Shown in pieces: positions 30,784 through 42,149 of a stretch of DNA of 64,000 nucleotides. Each line of letters opens with the position of its first letter. Within the stretch, counting starts at the first letter, position 1. Both the position numbers and the translations under genes were made by a program. The notes below the pieces were generated by a model. It was given only the letters and a program-made list of their open reading frames with translations, was not told where the DNA came from and did not search any database. Source of the DNA: an uncultured delta proteobacterium (lineage in GTDB: Bacteria > Desulfobacterota > Desulfuromonadia > Desulfuromonadales > JACZKF01). The stretch lies in contig CAWFKQ010000012.1 of NCBI GenBank assembly GCA_963816395.1, forward strand, positions 10,972-74,971. Direction: 5' to 3'.

Positions 30784-33700
30784 TACCTGAATTTGATCTG
30801 GTAGTACAGATCTACCGCGCTCTGCGCTCCCGCCGAAGACTCCAGCTGCCATCTCTTGGTCAGATTGTAGCGCAGCCGCGCCTCCTGGGTGTTGCTGAAC
30901 AGGGACTGGCCGAAGCTGATATAGAGATCGGGATTCAGGTATTTGCCAATGGTAATGCGCGAGGAGGTGGTGTCGCTGCCGCCGGATTCCACCTCCAGCA
31001 CATCGATTCCGAGGCTCCGCTTGAGCCGGTCCTGGAGGACAGCCGATTCCCCCTTCGACAGCAGGGCGCCGGCCGCCACCATCAGCAGGTCGGTGTTGCC
31101 GCCATCCCCCTGCCCCAGGGGATGGCCGAGGACGATATAGGCAAGCACATCGGTGTCGGGCATGGCCGGCTCGGAATAGAGCTTGACCTCCGGCTGGCGC
31201 GGCGTGCCGGTGACCCGCACCCCCGCCTTGACATCGCCGATCGTTTTCAGGGCCAGGATGTCCAGGGTCGGCCGATCCACCGGGCCGCCGGCAAAGAGGA
31301 CGGCGCCGCGGGTGATATCGAGATTGATTCCATAGGCGGCATACTTCCCCTGCGCCACCTTGATTTCTCCCTGGGCGGTGATCTTATCGCTGCTGAGCCC
31401 GGTCATGGTCAGCCGCAGCTCCCCTTCGAGCCGGGCATCGGCTCCCTGCGCCTTGACCAGCACATGTTTGCCGAGAACGATCCGCACCCGGACATCGAGC
31501 TCGAGAGGCAGCTGCCTCTCCGGTTTTTGCGGGGCATTCGACGATCACCACGTCGGAGCTCGGCTGAACGGGCGCCCGGGTCTCCTTGCCGGTGACCAGC
31601 ATCTGCGGGATGAGAACCTCGCCGCGCACGGCGAGCTTGCGGCGGGAGCCTTCGATGGTCAGATCGGGGCTGACCTGCATCTGCATCTCCGGCAGGTTGA
31701 TGACCCGGAACTCCTTCCCCTTTACCTGCAGCTGATAGCCTGCCAGCTGCCAGTCGTGCAGTTGAACGCTGCCGGTACCTTCGATATTCCCGGATCCGGA
31801 CTGTGCCCGGAAGGATTCGACGCGGATTTCCTGCCCGTTCAACCGGGCCAGCAACTGGACCTTTTCCAGGCGGACGCCGGCGGTGGGCAGATAGGCCCCG
31901 GCTTCGGCGCAGGCGCACTTCACCGCCTAGATTCGGGATCCTGCCAGAGTGCCCGCCAGGCGCAGATCGAGTCCGAGCTTGCCGCTGCTTTCCTGCACCA
32001 GACCGGGGAAGAAGGCATTCAGCAGCCCCTCCTCCTGGAGATCGGCCGTCAGCCGCCCGCGGACCGGACCGGAGGCTTCCATGGCGGTCGGCAGCCGGGC
32101 CGGCAGGGGAAGCTGGAAAGTGCCCTCGGCCCGGCCGTAATGCTCCAGGGCCAGGGTCATGTCGCCGCGCAGGTTCTCCCCCTGCCAGTTCCAGTCGAGC
32201 TTCGCCTGCCGCAGGGCGGCGGTGATCACCCCGCTTTCCCCTTCCCACTCAAGCTCGCCGCGGCGCACCTCCGAGGTCCCGGTCAGCCGCAGGCTCCGCC
32301 CCGGCAGCCATTCCCCTTCGGTGCGGCCGGCCAGCGTCCCCTCCAGGAGCATGCTGGAGGGCATCCAGGGACGCAGCAGAGCCAGGTCGAGCTTCTCCCA
32401 CTGCACCTGCACGGTACCGCGCTCCGGCACCGACAGGCGGGCCGGCGCCGCGGAGCGGATCTCCCCGGCGATCTCCCCGGCCGGGGCCAGGCCGATTGTC
32501 CAGCGGCCGCGCAGACCATCTCCATTCCAGCGGAGCGCGGCCTCGGCATGGGGGATCTCCAGGGCCAGCCGGTCACGCTTCAGGCGGCCGGCCAGGTCGA
32601 GGCGCCCATCCAGGTCCACCCTTCCATCCTGCTGCCATCGGGCATCGACGCTGCCGGAGCTGTGGCCGGCGATCTCGGTCTCCGGCAGCCAGGGAGAGAG
32701 CAGGGACAGGTCCACCCCCTGCCAGCGCGCCTGGAGGTCGCCCTGCCGGGGAATGGCCAGGCGCGCCGGTTCGGCCGAGGTCAAGTGGCCGCTCGACCGC
32801 CCCCCTTCACCCAGGTCGATGTTCAGGTCGGCCGCCAGCCCCTGCTGATCCCAGGCGATCTGCGCCTTTGCCTGTCGGACCGTCAGCCGCCGCTGCTGAT
32901 AAGCGACATGGCCGGACAGTTCAGCCCGCCCCGCGACCGCCAGGCTTTTATCCTCCCGCCAGCGCCCGCTGACTTCACCCGAGCTGCGGCCGTCCAGGCG
33001 GACGCCGGGCAGCCAGGGGGACAATGCCGCCAGATCCTTGAGCTGCCAGTGCGCCGTCACCTCCCCGGCCGCCGGCACCCCCAGGTGCGCCGGCAGCCCG
33101 GAGGTGGCCCGGCCGTTGAGCGCGCCCGTCCCTCCCAGGTCCGCTTCCCACGACGCCTGCATGCCGCCTGGCCCCCAGGCGAGTTCGGCCTGGAGGTCGC
33201 GGATATGCAGACTGCTGCCGCTGCGGGAAAAGCTGCCGGCAGCCTGCACCCGTCCCTGCAGGTCGAGGCGATCGCCGGGAAGCCATTCGATCCGGGCCGA
33301 ACCGGAACTGCGTCCGGCCAGAGAGACATTCCTGATCCAGGGGTTGGCCCGGCGCAGGTCGAGTTCCTGCCACTCGCTGCTGATCCGGCCGCGACGGGGC
33401 GAGAAAGCGAGGTTCGCCTCGGCCTGGAGAAATTCCTTTCCTTCTCCCTGCAGGCGGAAAGGGGAAATTTTCAGCTGGCTTCCGGCAATCCGCAAGGTCG
33501 TCGGGCTGGCCAGGGACCAGTGGCCGAAGCGCTGCCCGCCGGTTTTCAGGCTGGTTATTTCGCCATCCCAGGCCTTACGCACCGTCGTAACCGCCGCTGG
33601 CCGCCGCCCGCAATTGCATATCGGGACCGGCCAGGGACAGTTGCAGGGCATGCTCCTCGACCGTTCCCCGCATCCGCAAGCCAGCGCTGTCAAGCCGCCA

Positions 33701-35366
33701 GTCGCGGAAAACAACCTTGGCGAGATCCGCCTCGATGGCCACCGGCGTCCCCTTTTCCCGGTGTTCCGCCGCCAGGGAGAGGCGGGCGACCCGCGCCCCG
33801 GCAACTGCCAGATCCCGGCCGCTGGCCACCAGCCTGCCGCTCAGGTGCTGGTCGCGCCAGCGGGTCCACCCCCGGGCCGTGAAGCTCCCCCTGGCGTTGG
33901 GCAGCAATCCCCCCAATCGGTTGACTTCGGCATTGAAGTCAAGGCGCTCCTGCAGTCTGCCCTGGGCCTTCACCGTAAAATCGTCGCCGCGCAGGGACAA
34001 TGCGGCGATGTTCAGGTCCTCCCCCCGCAGGCTGGCGGCGATATTGCCGGTCAGGGGCCGGCCGCGCAAGGTACTCTCCCGCAGCCGGGCGTTCACCTCG
34101 GCGGCCAGGGGCTCCTGCGCCCCCCGCACGGACGGCGGTCCGCAGGGTGAAGTTGATCCGCCCGGACCAGTCCGGGGCGACGGCGGCCGGGTCGAGCCCC
34201 TGCCCGCGCAAATCCGCCTGCAGCTTCCATCCCTCCCCCCAGCCGGCGGTCAGGCTGCCTTCCAGGCGGCCGCGCAGCCATTCTCCCTGCAGGCTCGGCA
34301 GGACGATCTGCTGTCGATTGCCCTGAAAAGGTGCGCTGAGGCTTCCGCCCCGCCAGCCGGAGACCCGGTTGGCCAGGGAGACTTTCCCCTGGAAATCCTG
34401 CAGCCTGCCGGTCGCCTGCAAGGCACCGGAAATGTCGGTGTGGGTCCCGGTTGCCGGGGCGAGATCCAATCCGGCGAGACGCAGGTGAGATCGAAGCGCC
34501 AATCCTGACCGGCAACAATGACCGCGTCACCACTGGCCTCTCCCTTGCCGGCCGGGCTCGCTGAGGCGCAGGGAGGAAAGTGCCAGGCGATCGCGTGACC
34601 AGTCGACCTGCCCTGTCAGCCGCAGGCGTTCCTGATCCCCCGAGCGGGCACTCAGCCGCAGCGGCCCGCGCATCTCCCGGGCCGCCGGCCCCGGTCGCAG
34701 ATCAAGCTGGAGGGCCACGGTACGGATGTCCGCCGGGGCCGGCGCCGGCTCGGCCTGCAGGTCGGCCCGCAATGCCGGCCCCCCCAGATCGAGGGACATG
34801 TCGCCGGCGAGCCTGCCCCGGGGTGCGGCGACCTGCAATTCGTCGACCGTGAATACCCCGTTGCGCCAGGCCAGGCGGGCGGCGAACCGGCTCACGGTCA
34901 CCGGCTCCCCTGCATCCGGGTAGAGGGTGAAGCCGTCCACCTGCAAGGACTTGATGTCCGCCTGCAGGTATCGTCCCACGCCACCGATCTCGGGTAGAGC
35001 CAGGCTGGGAGAAGTCGGCTGCTGTTTCTCCGTGGGATGGATGTGGGCCGCCACTCCCGTCAGGGCGATCTTGTCGATGGCCAGCCTGCCTTCCAGCAGG
35101 GTGGCGGGATGCCAGTCGAGAAGAAGGGTTGCCGCTTCCGCCTCGCCGTTCTGCCAGCGGACCCGCACCCCCTGCAGCCGCAAACGGTCGGCAAGCCGGC
35201 CGGTCACTTCGGTCGCCTCGATCTGTAGAGGGAGAAAACTGCGACAGCGGCTGCCAGGGCGGTGCGCGCTCCGGAGGGGGTCCAGAGCAGCCAGGCTGTC
35301 CCTGCCGCCAACATGAAAGAGCAGGAGCAGGATAATCAGGAGGGTATAGCGAAGACCTTTTCTCAC
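30783..35366 (-). CDS. tamB: Translocation and assembly module TamB; multiple apparent frameshifts
   Basis: N-terminal anchor, long amphipathic beta region, C-terminal TamB signature (YSEPAMPDTDVLAYIVLG, TIGKYL, DLYYQIKFR); start overlaps the tamA stop. Confidence 0.85.
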
Positions 35367-37171
35367 CAGCCGAATCCGATACTCACGTGCAGGCGATACG
35401 CGGGGTTTTTCACCCCGATCTGGCGGGCCAGATCGACCTTGACCGGGCCGACCGGGGTATACCAGCGGACCCCTACCCCAGCCCCCTGCCGGAGCACGAA
35501 TTTGCCGAAGTCGTTGAAGGCGTTGCCGGCATCGTAGAAGGCGGCGGCCCCCCATTTCGCCCAGAGGGCGCGGTCCAGTTCGATGCTGCCCACCAGCAGG
35601 TTCTTTCCGCCCACCACGTCGCCGTTCTCGTCCTTCGGCCCCAGGGACTTGTAGGCATACCCCCGGACGCTCTGGTCGCCGCCGGCGAAAAAGCGGATGG
35701 TGGGGGGGATGTCGGCAAGGGGCTGATTCTGCAGGGTGAAGCCCGTCTCCGTCCGCAGGAAGAGGGAAAGGCGGCCGGGGAGCGGAATCAGGGTATTGCC
35801 CGCGGCCAGGATCTGCAGCAGTCCGATATCGGAGCCCAGCGCCTGATGGGTCCCCCGGGTCTCCAGGGTATAGGAATAACCTTTTTCCGGACGGACTGGT
35901 ATTGGGGTAGCGACGCCTGCCGAAACGGACGCCCGGGAGGACCAGGAAGGTCGTCGCGTTTGTCTTCACCGACCGTATAGGTTTCCCGCAGGATGCGGAG
36001 ATAGACGGAACCGACCATGCCGCGGCCGAAGGAACGTATCCGCTCCACCTCGGCCGTAAAGGTCTGGCTATCGTAGGTGTCGACGTTTTCCTGGTCATAG
36101 GAGAGGCGAAGGGCCGTCTGGCTGGCGATGTCTTTCCGGCTGGGGATGATATAGGCGCCGGCCAGGGTCTGCTTGACCTGGGCGATGAGGAAATCCCCGC
36201 TGCAGTTCATGTCCGAGGTGAAAGGCGTTGACGTCCTTGTAGCGCAGGCTGAAACGGGCTCCGGTATCGGTGGCATAGCCGATCCCCGGCCGCAGCCGCT
36301 TGGGCAGGGAGGGCTCCAGCTGAATAGTGACCGGCACTTCCAGATTCTCGGCCGATTTTTCGTGGGGGGTGACGATTACCTGCTTGAAACGGTCGGAATC
36401 GAGAAAGTTGAGCTGGGTCTGCCCGAGCTTGGCATAGGAGAAAACCTCTCCCGAGCGGAAGCCCAGATAACGGCGGAGAAAAGCAGGAGGGTACTCTTCC
36501 GCCCCCTTGATGGTGACGCCGTCGAAGTGATAAAGCGGACCGGTATCGAGCACCAGATCGATTTCGGCAGTCCCCTCTTCGGGGTTGACCCGGATTTCGT
36601 GGCGGGAGAAATCGGCCGCCAGGTAGCCGAGATCGAGCGCCCGGGCCTTAATCGCTCCCTTGGCCTGCTCATAGAGATCCTGCCGGAGCACCGCATTTTC
36701 CTGCAGGGGAAACTCGCGGACCAGCTCGCGCAGTGCCGACCGCCCCTCCCCCGCCCCCTGCAGCGCCACTTGCACCTTGGACACCCGCACCGGCGGGCCG
36801 GGTTCTACCCGCACCACCAGCCGATAATTCCCGTCCTCGGCCTGCAGGTCGGTTCGAACCTCCGCCCGATAGTAGCCAAACGGCTCCAGAGCCCGCCGAA
36901 CCTTCTCCGGCGCCTGCTGGCGAAAGCGCTCCAGCCAGCGGCGGTCCACTTTGCCTTCCCGCACCAGTCCCGGCGGGAGCGCCAGGGCGGCCTGCACATT
37001 CTCCAGCATCTCCCCTTCCAATCCATGAACCTTCACCGTTACCGGTTCGGCTCCCCAGACTGCCGGCGACAGCAGAAGAGAAAACAGAAGGAAAACCGGA
37101 GCGAACCGGCACCGGTTACCACCGGCTTCGCCTTGCACCGCTCTTTGTCCTGCGCTGCCGATCATCACCAT
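35363..37171 (-). CDS. tamA: Omp85-family TamA; apparent frameshifts
   Basis: POTRA region ALEPFGYY, GIGYATDTG, RFFAGGDQSVRGY, GVRWYTPVGPVKVDLA, terminal IGFGW. Confidence 0.9.
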
Positions 37172-37284
37172 CTTTTGTCCACCGCCTCGCCGAGAGAATT
37201 ATTGTACCGCAGGCGGCGCCCCGCCGGCAACTTGGTATCAGGCAAGGTATTGAAAATATAGTCGAAATTCCACAGGATGAACTT

Positions 37285-37736
37285 TTATGGAGACAGGCAG
37301 AAGTTTCCCCTCCGCCGGTACGCTGGTCCGGTCCTGCGGAGGCACGGGCGGCTCCCACCGCCTGCAGGCGGAAGCCTCAGCTCTGCAATCGATTCCAGCA
37401 GATAATCCCGCAGGACGAGCCGCATTGTTGCGTTCCTCGTCGCGGGCGGCAAAAAGAAGAGTTAACGTTCCCTGCCGCGCCCGCTCCAGAAGGCTCGCCA
37501 CCAGCTCTCCCCGGCCATCCAGTTCGCGCGAGTAGCGGCTGCGGAACTCCGGCCAGCGGCTTTCCTCATGCCCGAACCAGCGGCGCAGTTCCGGACTGGG
37601 AGCGATCTCTTTCAGCCACAGATCGATGTTCGGCCTGCGCCTTCTGCATCCCGCGCGGCCAGATGCGATCGACCAGCACCCGGAAACCGTCATCCGCTGC
37701 CGGTGCCGCGTAAATTCTCTTGATGCGGACGGGCAT
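37285..37736 (-). CDS. DUF488 (YeaO-like) protein; apparent frameshifts, end approximate
   Basis: IKRIY...[35 protein letters not shown]. Confidence 0.85.
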
Positions 37737-37826
37737 TCTGCCTCCTCTCTTTGCAGTCGACGTTTGCAAATTATTTAATTATACTTTGGGATCATTTCTT
37801 TGCCTGGCCGCCGGCCGGAAGAGAAC

Positions 37827-38730
37827 ATGAAAATACAACTTTTCTTACTCTTTCTGCTTCTTCTCGGCCTGCCGCCAGCATCGGCAGAGGGGCGCATCTT
37901 CCGCGAAACCGACGTCCTCCCCGCCACCCCGGTCACCGGTTGTCGGCGCCAATCGCGTCGCCGTCTCCCACCCCGGGGAAAGCCTGATGGAACTGGCTTA
38001 CCGGGAAGGAGTCGGCTTCAGCAATCTGGTCGCCGCCAACCCTGATCTCGACCCCTGGCTGCCGCAGCCGGGGACACAGGTCCTGCTCCCGACCTCAACG
38101 ATATTGCCACCGGACACCGAACCGGGGATTACCATTAACCTGGCCGAGTTCCGCCTCTACTACGTCTGGGAGGAGAAGGGAATGCGGCTGGTTCGGATCT
38201 ATCCGATCGGCATCGGCTCCGAAGGCTGGGGCACGCCGGAAGGAAATTTCACCATCCGACGCAAGATCCGGCGGCCGGTGTGGACCGCCCCTCTTTCCAT
38301 CCGCCGGGCGGAACCTGACCGGCCGGCGAGGATTCCCCCGGGTCCCGATAACCCGCTGGGGGATTACTGGCTGGGGCTGTCGGTGAACGGCTATGGTATT
38401 CACGGGACCAACAAGCCCCTGGGGGTGGGCAGAAGGGTCAGTCACGGCTGCATTCGCCTTTACCCGGACGACATCCGCGACCTCTTCCGGCGGGTCAGGA
38501 TCGGAACGCCGGTGCGCATTATCTATCAGCCGATCAAGTTGGGGAAAAAAGAGGAGAAGCTGTTGCTGGAAGTGCACGCCGATTATCTCGAGAAAATGGA
38601 TAATCCGCTCGAAGAGGTGGTCCGCCAGAAACGGGCACTGCACTGGAAGGGTCCAATCGACCTGCCCACCCTGCTTCGCATTCTCCGTGAGGCCAGAGGG
38701 ATGCCGGAACCGCTGTTCCTGCAGAAATGA
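37827..38730 (+). CDS. L,D-transpeptidase (ErfK/YbiS type with LysM-like domain); apparent frameshift near 37940
   Basis: ANPDLDPWLP, INLAEFRLY, PGPDNPLG, IHGTN, SHGCIRL. Confidence 0.92.
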
Positions 38731-38758
38731 ATGCTGTTTTATCCGCCGCCGGCCGCCA

Positions 38759-39142
38759 TCACTCCGGGCAGGACAGGGCCAGGGAGCCGAGTCGGCGGAT
38801 GCCCAGGGCTCGCAGATCGGGCACCGGCCGGTCGGGCTCGACGGTGATCGCCGGGCCGATGAAATCGTTTTCCGGCCAGAGAGTGGCCCGGGCGGCCGGA
38901 CCGGTAATCAGGCTCCGGACGGCTCCGGACCAGTTCTCCCTTTGCGCCCGCGGCAGGTGCTGGAGATCCGGCCATGAACCGGGGCCGAAGATGATGTCGT
39001 GATCGCCGCCGGGATTGAAATCCGTCTCGGCAAAAACCTGGATCCAGCAGTGGGAAACCTGGGGGACCGGGGTCGCGGCGCATCCCTGCAGCAGCGGCCA
39101 GACGAGACCGGAAAGGGTAAGGACCCGAAGAAGCTTCTTCAT
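38759..39142 (-). CDS. Lipoprotein with beta/gamma-crystallin-like domain
   Basis: Lipobox LQGC; CWIQVFAETDF...VRSLITGP...LWPENDF.G pattern. Confidence 0.7.
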   Translation of the reverse strand: MKKLLRVLTLSGLVWPLLQGCAATPVPQVSHCWIQVFAETDFNPGGDHDIIFGPGSWPDLQHLPRAQRENWSGAVRSLITGPAARATLWPENDFIGPAITVEPDRPVPDLRALGIRRLGSLALSCPE

Positions 39143-39184
39143 CGCCGCCGCTGGAGAAAAAGCCCCGTTGCCGGGGCTTCTCCT

Positions 39185-39523
39185 TTATTTCCGCAGACCC
39201 ATTTCAAAGGCTTTCTGCGTCTTCTCCGCGTTCTGCTCGGCCTGGGTGGCGGCCGATTCGGCCCGCGCGGCCGAATTTTCCGCCTTTTGGGCAGCCTGCT
39301 CGGCCCGGGTGGCGGCAAGTTCGGCCCGGTTGGCGGACTGATTGGCCTGGCTGGCGGCCTGATCAGCCTTCTGTGCCGACTGGGCGGCATTGCGGCTGGC
39401 CTCCATGGCCTTATCCAGCGTGCTGCGATCTTCCGGCGACATGGTTGCCGTGCAGCCGACCAAGGCCAGAAGAGCAATACCCATCAGACTGCCTGCGATT
39501 GGTAGCATGCGCATTTTGTGCAC
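39185..39523 (-). CDS. Lpp/OprI-like alanine-zipper lipoprotein
   Basis: Lipobox LVGC, AxxAxxA heptads, C-terminal ...GLRK. Confidence 0.85.
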   Translation of the reverse strand: MHKMRMLPIAGSLMGIALLALVGCTATMSPEDRSTLDKAMEASRNAAQSAQKADQAASQANQSANRAELAATRAEQAAQKAENSAARAESAATQAEQNAEKTQKAFEMGLRK

Positions 39524-39644
39524 CTCCTGAAGGAAATATCCCTAATTAGAACATACCGAGAACGACTGTCAATCCAAAAATATCTTCACCTTCTGCCGGG
39601 CGGGAAACCTGGGAAGATCCTTCTCCTGCTGGCGCGCGGCCGAT

Positions 39645-40244
39645 TCATGGCTGTTCGCTCAGCAGAGTCGTCATGGCCAGACGCAGGGCTTGGCCGCGAT
39701 GGCTGATCGCATTTTTGATCGCCAGGGAAAGTTCGGCCAGGGTTTTCCCCTGCTGCGGTACAAAAAAGAGAGGATCATAGCCGAAACCGCCCGCACCCCG
39801 CGGGGCATCCAGGAGTATCCCCTCCAGCCGCCCCTCGAAAAGCCGGCATTCCCCCTGCGGCCGGCACAAGGCTATGACGCAGACGAAGGCACCCTGTCGC
39901 TGGCCGTCGGGCACCTGCCTCAGGGCCGCCAGGAGTTTGCGGTTGTTCGCCTGGTCATCGGCCCTTTCGCCGGCATAACGGGCGGAACGCACCCCCGGCT
40001 CTCCGCCGAGGGCCGGCACCACCAGCCCCGAGTCGTCGGCCAGGGTCGGCCGACCGCTGTAGCGGGCGATCGTCTCCGCTTTCTTGCGGGCGTTCTCGGC
40101 AAAGGTGGCGCCGTCTTCCTCCACCTCCGGCAGGTCGGGGAAATCGGCCAGACTCAATACACGGATGCCCGACTGCCCCAGCAGGCGACGGAGCTCCCGC
40201 AGCTTGCCGGGGTTACGGGTGGCGACCACGAGTTCCAGGGTCAT
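39645..40244 (-). CDS. rdgB: dITP/XTP pyrophosphatase
   Basis: ATRNPGK, ADDSGL, GFGYDP, SHRG. Confidence 0.95.
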   Translation of the reverse strand: MTLELVVATRNPGKLRELRRLLGQSGIRVLSLADFPDLPEVEEDGATFAENARKKAETIARYSGRPTLADDSGLVVPALGGEPGVRSARYAGERADDQANNRKLLAALRQVPDGQRQGAFVCVIALCRPQGECRLFEGRLEGILLDAPRGAGGFGYDPLFFVPQQGKTLAELSLAIKNAISHRGQALRLAMTTLLSEQP

Positions 40245-40969
40245 CCCTCCAACGCCCGGCGCTGCCGTTCGGCCAGTTCCCGGCAGCCGCCCAGGGCCAG
40301 ATCGCGCAGGGCGTCGAGCTCGGCGGCGGTGAACGGCTCGGCTTCGGCCGTTCCCTGCACCTCGACGAAGCGGCCGCCGCCGGTGATGACGAAATTCATG
40401 TCGACCTCCGCCTGGGAATCCTCGGCGTAATCCAGGTCGAGAACGGGGATGCCGCCGATGATCCCGGCACTGACCGCCGCGACGCTGTCGCGTACCGGCC
40501 AGGCGTCAAGCATCCCACGCTCCCCCAGCCCGCGAAGGGCATCGACGAGGGCCACGTAAGCCCCGGTGATCGCGGCGGTGCGGGTGCCGCCGTCCGCCTG
40601 CAGGACGTCGCAGTCGATCAGCAGCGTGCGCTCTCCCATGGCATGCAGGTCGACCACCGCCCGCAGCGAGCGGCCGATCAGCCGCTGGATCTCATGCGTG
40701 CGCCCTCCCACCTTGCCTCGGGTCGATTCGCGCGGCGAGCGCACATGGGTGGCGCGGGGGAGCATGGCGTATTCGGCGGTGATCCAGCCCCGCCCCTCGC
40801 CTCTCATGAAACCCGGCACCCCTTCTTCAACGCTGGCGTTGCATAGAACCCGCGTCTCGCCGAAGGCGACCAGCACCGAGCCCTCGGCATAGCGGGTGAA
40901 TTTCCGTTCGAAACGAACCGACCGCAACTCGTCCGGGCGGCGGCCGCTGATGCGCGGCTTTCCAATCAC
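40241..40969 (-). CDS. rph: Ribonuclease PH
   Basis: [36 protein letters not shown]. Confidence 0.96.
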   Translation of the reverse strand: MIGKPRISGRRPDELRSVRFERKFTRYAEGSVLVAFGETRVLCNASVEEGVPGFMRGEGRGWITAEYAMLPRATHVRSPRESTRGKVGGRTHEIQRLIGRSLRAVVDLHAMGERTLLIDCDVLQADGGTRTAAITGAYVALVDALRGLGERGMLDAWPVRDSVAAVSAGIIGGIPVLDLDYAEDSQAEVDMNFVITGGGRFVEVQGTAEAEPFTAAELDALRDLALGGCRELAERQRRALEG

Positions 40970-40972
40970 TGA

Positions 40973-42049
40973 TTACTCCTTCCGTTTATCCTCGGCGAAG
41001 CTGTGGATACCGGTATAAAGGGCTTCGGCCAGCCGGTCCTGGCCGGCCGGATCACGCAGGAGGGTACTGTCGGCGCTGTTGGACAGATAGCCGAGTTCCA
41101 CCAGCACAGTGGGCAGATCGCCCCGCCCCAGGGGCAGCAACGGTGCCCGGATGATCCCGGTCACCGCCAGTCCCGCCTGTTGCAGAGCCTCATCGAGATG
41201 CCGGGCCAGGCGCATGCTGCCGCCCTCACCGGCTTCCGGAGAACCGCCCTGCCGCTCCTCGCGGGGGCGGATGATCAGGGTGAGGCCATGCACCGCCGGG
41301 CTCAGGGAGGCCTGCGCGTGCAGCAGGACCAGGGCATCCGCATCGGGCCGGCTGGCGGGGGCCAGACGCTGCTTGAGATCGAGGGTGTAGTCTCCATCCC
41401 GGCTCATGTAGACCGGAATGCCCAGACGCATCTTCAACAGCTTCTCCAGGCGGCGGGAGACATCCAGCGCCACGGTTTTTTCCATTTCCCCGTCCAGACC
41501 GATGGAGCCGGGATCCTGGCCGCCGTGTCCAGGGTCAAGTGCAATGCCGCGCAGAGCCGGGCCGCCATTCTCCACCCGCTGCTTGCGGGCCAGGACGGCG
41601 AAGAGCCTGTCCAGCGGACTTTCCTCCTGGTTAGCGGCAAGGTTCGCCGGGTTCAGGTTGCGGTAATAGATGGCTTCGCCGAGCAACTGCGGAATCTTCT
41701 GGCGGACGAAGTCCTCCGGCACCCGCAGGCGATTGTCGATGAAGCGAGGCAGATCGGACAGGGTGATGAGGCGCTCCCCCCAGCGCAGGTAGTGGCTGCC
41801 GGGGGAAATCACCGCCGTTCCGCGGGGTAGCTTCAGGCGGTAGAGATGCTCCACCGAGTCCCACTGGCCGCTCAGGTTGAGGTCGCCAAGAACTTCATCG
41901 ATGGACAGGTAGGGGACCCCGTCGCGCAGGTAAACATCGTTGATGGAGACCGGCGGCTGACCGCTCCGGGCGATTTCCACCACGGCGCCGGCGGGCAGGG
42001 CTGAAAGCAGGAAAAGACAGAGGATCGGCAGGAAGCGGCGTGGTTTCAC
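40973..42049 (-). CDS. N-acetylmuramoyl-L-alanine amidase (Amidase_3)
   Basis: LDPGHGGQDPG, EK, LHA, VLVELGYLSN; signal peptide. Confidence 0.88.
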   Translation of the reverse strand: MKPRRFLPILCLFLLSALPAGAVVEIARSGQPPVSINDVYLRDGVPYLSIDEVLGDLNLSGQWDSVEHLYRLKLPRGTAVISPGSHYLRWGERLITLSDLPRFIDNRLRVPEDFVRQKIPQLLGEAIYYRNLNPANLAANQEESPLDRLFAVLARKQRVENGGPALRGIALDPGHGGQDPGSIGLDGEMEKTVALDVSRRLEKLLKMRLGIPVYMSRDGDYTLDLKQRLAPASRPDADALVLLHAQASLSPAVHGLTLIIRPREERQGGSPEAGEGGSMRLARHLDEALQQAGLAVTGIIRAPLLPLGRGDLPTVLVELGYLSNSADSTLLRDPAGQDRLAEALYTGIHSFAEDKRKE

Positions 42050-42149
42050 AGCAATTTTCCGGCAAGAGGAACATCTGGGGCGGCAAGGACCTGAAAAAGC
42101 ACATTTATACTCTGCTTGCGCGGCACCTGTCAATCAGCGAGACGGCGGC

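Noticed and set aside
40973..42049. Possibly inactive amidase (LLHAQA instead of SIHAN)
   Set aside because: The zinc ligands His, Glu, His and the catalytic Glu all appear present.
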